Shown here: positions 56,549 to 64,000 of the stretch, in pieces
Numbering within the stretch: the stretch's first letter is position 1
Layout of the letters: each line of letters opens with the position of its first letter
Assembly: GCA_005880985.1 (NCBI GenBank)
Contig: VBIQ01000008.1
Coordinates: forward strand, 64,003 to 128,002
Source of the DNA: Chloroflexota bacterium
GTDB lineage: Bacteria; Chloroflexota; Dormibacteria; Aeolococcales; Aeolococcaceae
Direction: 5' to 3'
Length of the DNA stretch: 64,000 nt
Position numbers and translations under genes: made by a program
Notes under the pieces: model-generated
The model's input: the letters and a program-made list of their open reading frames with translations, nothing else
What the model was told of the DNA's origin: nothing
Database searches by the model: none

Positions 56549-59500
56549 TTGACCGTCCGGCGGCCGCTGGGGGGAGCGCCGCCGACACTGGGCGCCGCCC
56601 ACGAGGGGACCATGCCGACTGCTACGTCGCCGCCAGACACCTTGGACGCCCGGGTACTCCTGGGCGTCCTCACCAAGCTCAAGAAGGGCGACTTCACCGC
56701 CCGCATGCCGGAGGACTGGACCGGCATCGCGGGCAAGGTCGCCGACACCCTCAACGAAGTCATCGAGACCAACCAGCGCCTCGGCCGAGAGCTCGATCGG
56801 GTGGGGCGGACGGTCGGCAAGCAGGGCAAGACCTCGCAGCGGCTCAACCTCGGTGAGGTGGGCGGCGGATGGGCCACCGCCGTCGACACGGTCAACGAGC
56901 TGATCGAGGACCTGGTCCGGCCCACCAGCGACATGGCCCGGGTCATCGGCGCGGTCGCCAACGGCGACCTCAGCCAGACCATCCCACTCGAGGTCGACGG
57001 GCGGCCGCTCGAGGGACAGTTCCTGCGCACCGCGAAGACGGTCAACACCATGGTGTCGCAGCTGGACTCCTTCGCGGCCGAGGTCACCCGGGTGGCGGGC
57101 GAGGTGGGCACCGAGGGGAAGCTGGGTGGCCAGGCGCGCGTCCGCGGCGTCGGCGGCGTCTGGAAGGACCTGACCGACAACGTCAACTCGATGGCCGGCA
57201 ACCTCACCGCCCAGGTGCGCAACATCGCCGAGGTCACCACCGCGGTGGCGCGAGGCGATCTCTCCAAGAAGATCACCGTCGACGTGCGCGGTGAGATCCT
57301 CGAGCTGAAGAACACCATCAACGTGATGGTCGACCAGCTCAACGGCTTCGCCTCGGAGGTCACCCGCGTGGCCCGCGAGGTCGGCAGCGAAGGCAAGCTC
57401 GGCGGCCAGGCCAAGGTCGAGGGCGTGGGCGGCGTCTGGAAGGACCTGACCGACAACGTCAACATGATGGCCGGCAACCTGACCGGACAGGTGCGCAACA
57501 TCGCCGAGGTCACCACCGCGGTGGCCAACGGCGACCTCTCCAAGAAGATCACCGTCGACGTGCGTGGTGAGATCCTCGAGCTGAAGAACACCGTCAACGT
57601 CATGGTCGACCAGCTCAACGCCTTCGCCTCCGAGGTCACCCGCGTCGCCCGCGAGGTCGGCAGCGAGGGCAAGCTGGGCGGCCAGGCGGACGTCCGTGGC
57701 GTTGCCGGCGTCTGGAAGGACCTGACCGACAACGTCAACATGATGGCCGGCAACCTGACCGGCCAGGTGCGCAACATCGCCGAGGTCACCACCGCGGTGG
57801 CCAACGGCGACCTCTCCAAGAAGATCACCGTCGACGTGCGTGGTGAGATCCTCGAGCTCAAGGACACCATCAACGTGATGGTCGACCAGCTCAACGACTT
57901 CGCCTCCGAGGTCACCCGCGTGGCCCGCGAGGTCGGCAGCGAGGGCAAGCTGGGCGGACAGGCGGAGGTGCGCGGCGTCGGCGGCGTCTGGAAGGACCTC
58001 ACCGACAACGTCAACTTCATGGCGTCCAACCTCACCGGCCAGGTGCGCAACATCGCCGATGTGACCACCGCGGTGGCCAACGGCGACCTGTCCAAGAAGA
58101 TCACCGTCGACGTGCGCGGCGAGATCCTCGAGCTGAAGAACACCATCAACACCATGCTCGACCAGCTCAACGCCTTCGCCTCCGAGGTCACCCGCGTCGC
58201 CCGCGAGGTCGGCAGCGAGGGCAAGCTGGGCGGACAGGCGGAAGTCCGCGGCGTCGGCGGCGTCTGGAAGGACCTCACCGACAACGTCAACTTCATGGCG
58301 TCCAACCTCACCGGCCAGGTGCGCAACATCGCCGAGGTCACCACCGCGGTGGCCAACGGCGACCTCTCCAAGAAGATCACCGTCGACGTGCGTGGCGAGA
58401 TCCTCGAGCTCAAGGACACCATCAACGTGATGGTCGACCAGCTCAACGACTTCGCCTCGGAGGTCACCCGCGTGGCCCGCGAGGTCGGCAGCGAGGGCAA
58501 CCTGGGCGGACAGGCGGAGGTCCGCGGCGTCGGCGGCGTCTGGAAGGACCTCACCGACAACGTCAACTTCATGGCGTCCAACCTCACCGGCCAGGTGCGC
58601 AACATCGCCGACGTGACCACCGCGGTGGCCAACGGCGACCTCTCCAAGAAGATCACCGTCGACGTGCGCGGTGAGATCCTCGAGCTCAAGAACACCATCA
58701 ACGTGATGGTCGATCAACTCAACGCCTTCGCCTCCGAGGTCACCCGCGTCGCCCGCGAGGTCGGCACCGACGGCAAGCTGGGCGGCCAGGCCCAGGTGCG
58801 CGGCGTCGGCGGCGTCTGGAAGGACCTGACCGACAACGTCAACTTCATGGCATCGAACCTGACGGGCCAGGTGCGCAACATCGCCGAGGTGACCACCGCG
58901 GTGGCCAACGGCGACCTGTCCAAGAAGATCACCGTCGATGTGCGCGGTGAGCTGCTGGAGCTCAAGAACACCATCAACGTGATGGTCGATCAGCTCAACA
59001 ACTTCGCCTCGGAGGTGACCCGCGTCGCCCGCGAGGTCGGCAGCGACGGCAAGCTGGGCGGCCAGGCCCAGGTGCGCGGCGTGGCCGGCGTCTGGAAGGA
59101 CCTGACCGACAACGTCAACATGATGGCCGGCAACCTCACCGACCAGGTGCGAGGCATCGCCCGGGTCGTGACCGCGGTGGCCGACGGCGATCTGAAGCGC
59201 AAGCTCATCGTCGAGGCCAAGGGCGAGGTCGCCGCGCTCGCCGACACCATCAACAACATGACCGACACCCTGGCCACCTTCGCCGATCAGGTGACCACGG
59301 TGGCCCGCGAGGTCGGTGTTGAAGGCAAGCTGGGCGGTCAGGCGAACGTGCCCGGCGCCGCCGGCACCTGGCGCGACCTCACCGACAACGTCAACCAGCT
59401 GGCGGCCAATCTCACCACCCAGGTGCGGGCGATCGCCGACGTCGCCATCGCCGTCACCGAAGGCGACCTCACCCGGTCGATCGCGGTCGTGGCGAGCGGC

Positions 59501-62320
59501 GAGGTCGCCGTCCTCAAGGACAACGTCAACGCGATGATCCGCAACCTGCGTGAAACCACGCAGCGCAACACCGAGCAGGACTGGTTGAAGACCAACCTGG
59601 CTCGCTTCACCCGCATGCTCCAGGGCCAGCGCGACCTGCTGACGGTTTCGCGCCTCATCCTCTCCGAGCTGGCCCCCCTGGTCGGCGCCCAGCACGGCGT
59701 CTTCTACACCATCGACGGCCAGAACGGGAGCGCGAGTCTTCGCTTCATGGCCGGCTACGGGTACAAGGAGCGCAAGCACCTCGCCAACGAGTTCAGACTG
59801 GGCGAGGGCCTGATCGGCCAGTGTGCGCTCGAGAAGGAGCGCATCCTGCTCACCAACGTCCCCGACGACTACATCAGAATCAGTTCCGGGCTCGGCGAGG
59901 CCAAGCCCCTCAACATCGTCACCCTTCCCGTCGTCTTCGAGGGTTCGGTGCGTGCGGTGGTGGAGCTGGCCTCGTTCGAGCGTTTCAGCGTGGCCCATCT
60001 CGACTTCCTCGACCAGCTGACCGAGAGCATCGGCATCGTCATCAATACCATCGAGGCGACGATGCGCACCGAGTCGCTGCTCGAGCAGTCGCAGCGGCTC
60101 GCCCAGGAGCTGCAGAGCCAGCAGGACGAGCTGCAGCAGACCAATGACGAGCTCGCCGAGAAGGCGCGGCTGCTGGCGGAGCAGAACGCCGAGGTCGAGC
60201 GCAAGAACGCCGAGGTCGAGGCCGCCAAGCTTTCACTGGAGGAGAAGGCCGCCCAGCTGGCGCTCACCTCCAAGTACAAGTCCGAGTTCCTGGCCAACAT
60301 GTCGCACGAGCTACGGACGCCGCTGAACAGCCTGCTCATCCTGGCCGAGCAACTCGCCCAGAACCCGCAGGAGAACCTGTCGCCCGAGCAGGTGGAGTAC
60401 GCGACCATCATCCGCTCGTCGGGCAACGACCTGCTCAACCTGATCAATGACATCCTCGACCTGTCCAAGATCGAGTCGGGCACGGTGGCGCTCGACGTCA
60501 CCCGGGAACGCTTCACCGACCTGCGTGACTTCTGCGAGCGCGCCTTCCGTCATGTCGCCGAGGCTCAGGCACTCGACTTCGCCGTCGAGGTCGATGCGCG
60601 GCTACCCGAGGCCATCCTCACCGATCCCAAGCGCTTGCAGCAGATCCTCCGCAACCTGCTCTCCAACGCCTTCAAGTTCACCGAGAAGGGATCGGTGAAG
60701 ACACGCTTCCGCCTGGCGGACGGTGGCTGGAGCCCCGACGAGACCGTGCTCACCCGAGCGGGGCAGGTGGTGGCGGTCGACGTGGTCGACACCGGCATCG
60801 GCATTCCCAAGGATCGCCAGCGCCACATCTTCGAGGCGTTCCAGCAGGCGGATGGCACCACCAGCCGCCGCTATGGCGGCACCGGACTAGGACTGTCCAT
60901 CAGCCGCGAGCTGGCGCGGTTGCTCGAGGGCGAGATCATCGTCGACAGCGAACCGGGCCGGGGAAGCACCTTCACGGTCTATCTCCCCATCAGCCGGATG
61001 GTGTCGATCACCGGTCCCGTCCCCCACACCATCGAGAGCACCGTGCCGGCGCCGGTGGTCGAGGCTCTCACCGACGGTGACGGCGCCGCCGCGACCCGTC
61101 CGGGAATCGTGGCGATACGCGATGACCGCTACGCGATCGAACCGGGCGATCGGGTGGTGCTGATCGTCGAGGACGACGCCAACTTCGCCCGGGTGCTAGC
61201 CGACCTCGCTCACGAACGCGGTTTGCGAGCGGTGGTGGCGACTCACGGAGGTGAGGCGCTCCAGCTCGCCAAGGAGTTCGGCGCCGACGCCATCACCCTG
61301 GACCTGCTGCTCCAGGACGTCAGCGGCTGGACGGTGCTCGACCAGCTCCAGCACGATCCCGTCACCAAGCACATTCCCGTCCACATCGTCAGCGTCCAGG
61401 ACGAGGGCGACCGGGGGGTGGTCGAGGGCGCCTCGACGGTGCTCACCAAGCCCGCCCACCGCGACGAGCTGCAGGCTCTCTTCGCCCGCATCGAGGAGGC
61501 CATCGAGAAGCGCGTCAAGCACCTGCTTGTGATCGAGGACGATTCCGTGCAGCGGCAGACCATCGTCGACCTGCTGTACAACGGCCACACCACCGTCCGT
61601 GGTGCCGGCAGCGGTGAGAACGCCTTGCAGGCGATGCGCGAGCAGCACTTCGACTGCGTGGTCCTCGATCTCGGTCTTCCCGACACCAACGGCTTCGACC
61701 TGCTCGAGAAGATGAAGGGGGAGCCGAGCCTGCGCAGTGTGCCGGTGGTCGTCTACACGGCGGGCGATCTCGCTCGCAAGGACGAGACGCGCCTGCGCCG
61801 CCTGGCCCGCAGCATCGTGCTGAAGGAGGTCCGATCTCCGGAGCGGCTGCTCGAGGAGGTGAACCGGCTGCTGCAGCGGGTCGCGGTCCCGGTTCCGGTG
61901 GGAGCCGACGGCGGCGAGCCTGAGGAGGCGGGCACCGATGCCAAGCTGGCCGGCAGGAAGGTGCTCATCGTCGATGACGACGTGCGCAACATCTTTGCCC
62001 TCACCGCTGCCCTGGAGCGTCACGGGCTCGAGGTGGTGGCGGCGGAGAGTGGGCGCGATGCCGTCGAGCTGATCCGCTCGGACCGGACCATCGACATCGC
62101 CCTGATCGACGTGATGATGCCGGAATTCGACGGCTACGAGACGATGCGCGCCGTGCGAGAGGTCACGGACCTCAAGGACTTCCCGATGCTGGCGGTCACC
62201 GCCAAGGCGATGAAGGGTGACCGTGACAAGTGCCTGGAGGCCGGTGCCAACGACTACATCCCCAAACCAGTCGACACCAGCACCCTGCTCTCGATGCTGC
62301 GGGTATGGCTGCGTCGCTGA
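56549..62320 (+). CDS. Cytoplasmic poly-HAMP hybrid sensor histidine kinase: about 20 HAMP domains, GAF, coiled coil, HisKA, HATPase_c, three receiver domains (start TTG 56549 or ATG 56612)
   Basis: No TM segment; nine tandem 92-aa di-HAMP units (...[92 protein letters not shown]...); GAF at about aa 1010-1170; H-box [12 protein letters not shown]; G-box [14 protein letters not shown]; three REC domains with intact Asp/Thr/Lys. Confidence 0.9.
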   Translation: MTVRRPLGGAPPTLGAAHEGTMPTATSPPDTLDARVLLGVLTKLKKGDFTARMPEDWTGIAGKVADTLNEVIETNQRLGRELDRVGRTVGKQGKTSQRLNLGEVGGGWATAVDTVNELIEDLVRPTSDMARVIGAVANGDLSQTIPLEVDGRPLEGQFLRTAKTVNTMVSQLDSFAAEVTRVAGEVGTEGKLGGQARVRGVGGVWKDLTDNVNSMAGNLTAQVRNIAEVTTAVARGDLSKKITVDVRGEILELKNTINVMVDQLNGFASEVTRVAREVGSEGKLGGQAKVEGVGGVWKDLTDNVNMMAGNLTGQVRNIAEVTTAVANGDLSKKITVDVRGEILELKNTVNVMVDQLNAFASEVTRVAREVGSEGKLGGQADVRGVAGVWKDLTDNVNMMAGNLTGQVRNIAEVTTAVANGDLSKKITVDVRGEILELKDTINVMVDQLNDFASEVTRVAREVGSEGKLGGQAEVRGVGGVWKDLTDNVNFMASNLTGQVRNIADVTTAVANGDLSKKITVDVRGEILELKNTINTMLDQLNAFASEVTRVAREVGSEGKLGGQAEVRGVGGVWKDLTDNVNFMASNLTGQVRNIAEVTTAVANGDLSKKITVDVRGEILELKDTINVMVDQLNDFASEVTRVAREVGSEGNLGGQAEVRGVGGVWKDLTDNVNFMASNLTGQVRNIADVTTAVANGDLSKKITVDVRGEILELKNTINVMVDQLNAFASEVTRVAREVGTDGKLGGQAQVRGVGGVWKDLTDNVNFMASNLTGQVRNIAEVTTAVANGDLSKKITVDVRGELLELKNTINVMVDQLNNFASEVTRVAREVGSDGKLGGQAQVRGVAGVWKDLTDNVNMMAGNLTDQVRGIARVVTAVADGDLKRKLIVEAKGEVAALADTINNMTDTLATFADQVTTVAREVGVEGKLGGQANVPGAAGTWRDLTDNVNQLAANLTTQVRAIADVAIAVTEGDLTRSIAVVASGEVAVLKDNVNAMIRNLRETTQRNTEQDWLKTNLARFTRMLQGQRDLLTVSRLILSELAPLVGAQHGVFYTIDGQNGSASLRFMAGYGYKERKHLANEFRLGEGLIGQCALEKERILLTNVPDDYIRISSGLGEAKPLNIVTLPVVFEGSVRAVVELASFERFSVAHLDFLDQLTESIGIVINTIEATMRTESLLEQSQRLAQELQSQQDELQQTNDELAEKARLLAEQNAEVERKNAEVEAAKLSLEEKAAQLALTSKYKSEFLANMSHELRTPLNSLLILAEQLAQNPQENLSPEQVEYATIIRSSGNDLLNLINDILDLSKIESGTVALDVTRERFTDLRDFCERAFRHVAEAQALDFAVEVDARLPEAILTDPKRLQQILRNLLSNAFKFTEKGSVKTRFRLADGGWSPDETVLTRAGQVVAVDVVDTGIGIPKDRQRHIFEAFQQADGTTSRRYGGTGLGLSISRELARLLEGEIIVDSEPGRGSTFTVYLPISRMVSITGPVPHTIESTVPAPVVEALTDGDGAAATRPGIVAIRDDRYAIEPGDRVVLIVEDDANFARVLADLAHERGLRAVVATHGGEALQLAKEFGADAITLDLLLQDVSGWTVLDQLQHDPVTKHIPVHIVSVQDEGDRGVVEGASTVLTKPAHRDELQALFARIEEAIEKRVKHLLVIEDDSVQRQTIVDLLYNGHTTVRGAGSGENALQAMREQHFDCVVLDLGLPDTNGFDLLEKMKGEPSLRSVPVVVYTAGDLARKDETRLRRLARSIVLKEVRSPERLLEEVNRLLQRVAVPVPVGADGGEPEEAGTDAKLAGRKVLIVDDDVRNIFALTAALERHGLEVVAAESGRDAVELIRSDRTIDIALIDVMMPEFDGYETMRAVREVTDLKDFPMLAVTAKAMKGDRDKCLEAGANDYIPKPVDTSTLLSMLRVWLRR
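57080..59563 (+). repeat. Tandem 276-bp coding repeats (7 near-identical plus 2 degenerate) encoding the di-HAMP units
   Basis: Unit boundaries 57080, 57356, 57632, 57908, 58184, 58460, 58736, 59012, 59288; roughly 90% or more nucleotide identity between the first seven units, judged by eye. Confidence 0.85.
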
Positions 62321-63174
62321 CCGCGGGGGCCGCGAGCGCGGCGCCGCCGCAGACGGCGGAGACGCTCCTCGAGCTGGAGACCGACCTGCTCTTCGAGGGC
62401 ATCCGCCGGCGCTACGGCTACGACTTTGGCGCCTACTCCCGCGAGTCGTTGCAGCGGCGGTTGCAGGCGAGGATGAAGGCGGAAGGAGTGCTCACCCTCT
62501 CGGCGCTGCAAGAGGCGGTGCTCCACGACAGCGCCTGCATGCACCGCCTGCTGCGCGCCATCTCGGTGCCCGCGACGGCGCTCTTCCGCGATCCCGGGCT
62601 CTTCGCGAGCATCCGGGAGGACGTGATCCCGCTGCTGCGGACGTGGCCCTGGTTGCGTATCTGGCATGCCGGCTGCGCCAGCGGCGAGGAGCCCTACTCG
62701 ATGGCCATCCTGCTGGCCGAGGAAGGGCTGCTGGCGCGGACATCGATCTATGCCACCGATGTCAATGACGAGCTGCTGACCCGGGCAGCGTCGGGCAGGC
62801 TGACGGCGAGCAAGCTGGCCGCTTCGCGGCAGGCGCATCACGACGCCGGCGGCGCGCGCCCGCTCGACGAGCACCTGATCGTCGACGGCACCGGCGCACG
62901 ACTGAGACCGGAATTGCTGGAGCGCATCACCTGGGCCCAGCACGACCTGGTGAGCGACACCGGCTTCAACGATTTCCACCTGATCATCTGCGCCAACGTG
63001 CTGATCTACTTCACCCCGCCCTTCCGCGAGCGGATCCACCGGCTGCTCTATGAGAGCCTGGTGCCGTTCGGGTTTCTCGGCCTCGGTGAGCGCGAGTTGA
63101 TCGCCGCGCACCCGCCGACACCGCGGTACCGCCCGGTGCCGCAGGCCAACCGGCTGTACAAGAAGGTGGCCTGA
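62305..63174 (+). CDS. cheR: CheR-type protein-glutamate O-methyltransferase
   Basis: CheR N-terminal all-alpha domain and SAM-binding motifs ([35 protein letters not shown]); overlaps the kinase 3' end by 16 nt. Confidence 0.85.
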   Translation: MAASLTAGAASAAPPQTAETLLELETDLLFEGIRRRYGYDFGAYSRESLQRRLQARMKAEGVLTLSALQEAVLHDSACMHRLLRAISVPATALFRDPGLFASIREDVIPLLRTWPWLRIWHAGCASGEEPYSMAILLAEEGLLARTSIYATDVNDELLTRAASGRLTASKLAASRQAHHDAGGARPLDEHLIVDGTGARLRPELLERITWAQHDLVSDTGFNDFHLIICANVLIYFTPPFRERIHRLLYESLVPFGFLGLGERELIAAHPPTPRYRPVPQANRLYKKVA

Positions 63175-64000
63175 TGCCTCGCGACGCCCGCGCCAGCATC
63201 CTGGTGGTGGACGACAATCCCAACAAGCTGTTTGCCCTGGAGACGGTGCTGGCCCCGCTCGGCCAGCGGGTGGTGCGTGCCTCGTCAGGGCGCGAAGCGC
63301 TGCGTCGCCTGCTCCACGAGGACTACGCCGTCGTCCTGCTCGACGTGCGGATGACGGAGATGGATGGTTTCGAGACCGCCGAGCTGATCCGCCAGCGGCA
63401 GCGTTCGGAGCGCACCCCGATCATCTTCGTCACCGCCTTCGCCCAGGCGGAGGCCGATATGGCTCGTGGCTACTCGCTGGGCGCGGTGGACTTCGTCTTC
63501 TCTCCGATCGTGCCCGAGGTGCTCCGCAACAAGGTCTCGGTCTTCGTCGACCTGCACAAGAAGTCCGAGGAGGTCAGGCGGCAGAGCGATCGTCTGCGAC
63601 GCCTCGAGGAGCTGGAGCATCAGCGCCGCCTGGAGCGGGCGGAGAGCGGTCGCCGCCAGGCGGAAGCCCGCTTCGCCACCATGCTGGACATCGCCGGTGA
63701 CGCCATCATCGCGGTCGAGGACGACTGGCGGATCGTCCTCTTCAACAAGGCGGCAGAGCGCACCTTCGGGCAGAGTGCGGAGGCCACCATCGGCCATCGG
63801 CTCGACGAGCTGATCGTGCACGGCTTGGAGGGGATGCTGCCGGTCGGGGTCGAGCATCCCGTCAACGGCGTCCGTCACGAGGTGCGGGGCCGGCGGCCCG
63901 ACGGGAGCGAATTCCCCGCCGAGGTCAGCGTGGCACGCACCGACGCCGGCGACAGGGCCGTGTTCACCGTGATCCTGCGCGACATCACCGAGCGTCGCGA
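63174..64000 (+). CDS. Response-regulator receiver plus coiled coil plus PAS domain protein; the 3' end lies outside the window
   Basis: REC (ILVVDDNP...[15 protein letters not shown]...VTAF...), coiled coil, PAS ([30 protein letters not shown]); ATG overlaps the cheR stop (TGATG); not in the ORF track because no stop occurs within the window. Confidence 0.8.
   Translation, partial: MPRDARASILVVDDNPNKLFALETVLAPLGQRVVRASSGREALRRLLHEDYAVVLLDVRMTEMDGFETAELIRQRQRSERTPIIFVTAFAQAEADMARGYSLGAVDFVFSPIVPEVLRNKVSVFVDLHKKSEEVRRQSDRLRRLEELEHQRRLERAESGRRQAEARFATMLDIAGDAIIAVEDDWRIVLFNKAAERTFGQSAEATIGHRLDELIVHGLEGMLPVGVEHPVNGVRHEVRGRRPDGSEFPAEVSVARTDAGDRAVFTVILRDITERR

Noticed and set aside
57080-59563. 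Regular 276-bp periodic repeats that could superficially suggest a CRISPR-like or satellite array.
   Set aside because: The period is far too long for CRISPR, there are no unique spacers, and the repeats are in-frame coding units (di-HAMP modules) of one continuous ORF.
1-64000. Looked for mobile elements (transposase, integrase, inverted-repeat ends), prophage genes, rRNA and CRISPR.
   Set aside because: None detected. The only RNA gene is tRNA-Arg at 21949-22025, and no att-like duplication of its 3' end was seen nearby.

Overview
This is a 64-kb, very high-GC (about 70%, GC3-saturated) chromosomal segment. It looks like a high-GC Gram-positive-type genome (Actinomycetota- or Chloroflexota-like), and that organism guess is inference only. 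I support about 55 protein-coding genes and one tRNA-Arg(ACG), and find no rRNA, CRISPR array, transposase or integrase. Genes are densely packed, and neighbouring genes very often share start/stop bases (ATGA, GTGA, TGATG), which points to translationally coupled operons. Gene content in map order: 2-1072 a 5'-truncated FAD-dependent oxidoreductase, then 1103-2719 a SCO1/SenC-TlpA fusion and 2778-5519 pyruvate dehydrogenase E1 (aceE). 5526-8498 hold an MFS transporter, a parvulin PPIase lipoprotein and a 2H phosphoesterase (ThpR/LigT). 8450-11738 hold an EamA exporter, rpe, a FAH-family hydrolase and a DinB/MDMPI-like protein. 11959-21018 is a six-gene minus-strand pentose-phosphate operon: tkt, a tal-pgi fusion, short-form gnd, zwf, opcA, pgl. 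21126-22681 hold a hypothetical, tRNA-Arg(ACG) and a SAM methyltransferase. 22715-27645 hold a membrane HD-GYP phosphodiesterase with C-terminal tandem PKD-like domains, divergent from a tadE/tadE/tadG minor-pilin trio. 27707-30690 hold a patatin phospholipase, fdhD and a LigC-type ATP-dependent DNA ligase. 30737-34633 is a kynurenine-pathway cluster: a PLP enzyme, tryptophan 2,3-dioxygenase, kynureninase and an alpha/beta-hydrolase candidate formamidase. 35173-40457 is a three-subunit selenocysteine formate dehydrogenase (in-frame TGA plus a downstream hairpin) with a small zinc-ribbon ORF upstream. 40557-47470 hold DedA, a YeaQ/GlsB membrane protein, an aldehyde (succinate-semialdehyde-type) dehydrogenase, a GNAT, an SPL-like radical SAM protein, an acyl-CoA dehydrogenase alpha/beta-like pair and a TlpA-like redoxin. 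47538-51815 hold a membrane GGDEF-EAL protein, an alpha/beta hydrolase, a lipoprotein and a cupin. 51891-54713 is a large AAA+/LuxR regulator, followed at 54951-55603 by a convergent pair of paralogous small proteins. The most unusual region is 55723-64000: a lipoprotein, then a 1923-aa cytoplasmic hybrid histidine kinase built from about 20 HAMP domains (seven near-identical 276-bp DNA repeats plus two degenerate ones), a GAF domain, a kinase core and three receiver domains. It is translationally coupled to a CheR methyltransferase and a REC-PAS protein that runs off the window end. This chemotaxis-like adaptation module wired to a non-MCP poly-HAMP kinase is my main candidate for an undescribed signalling system.
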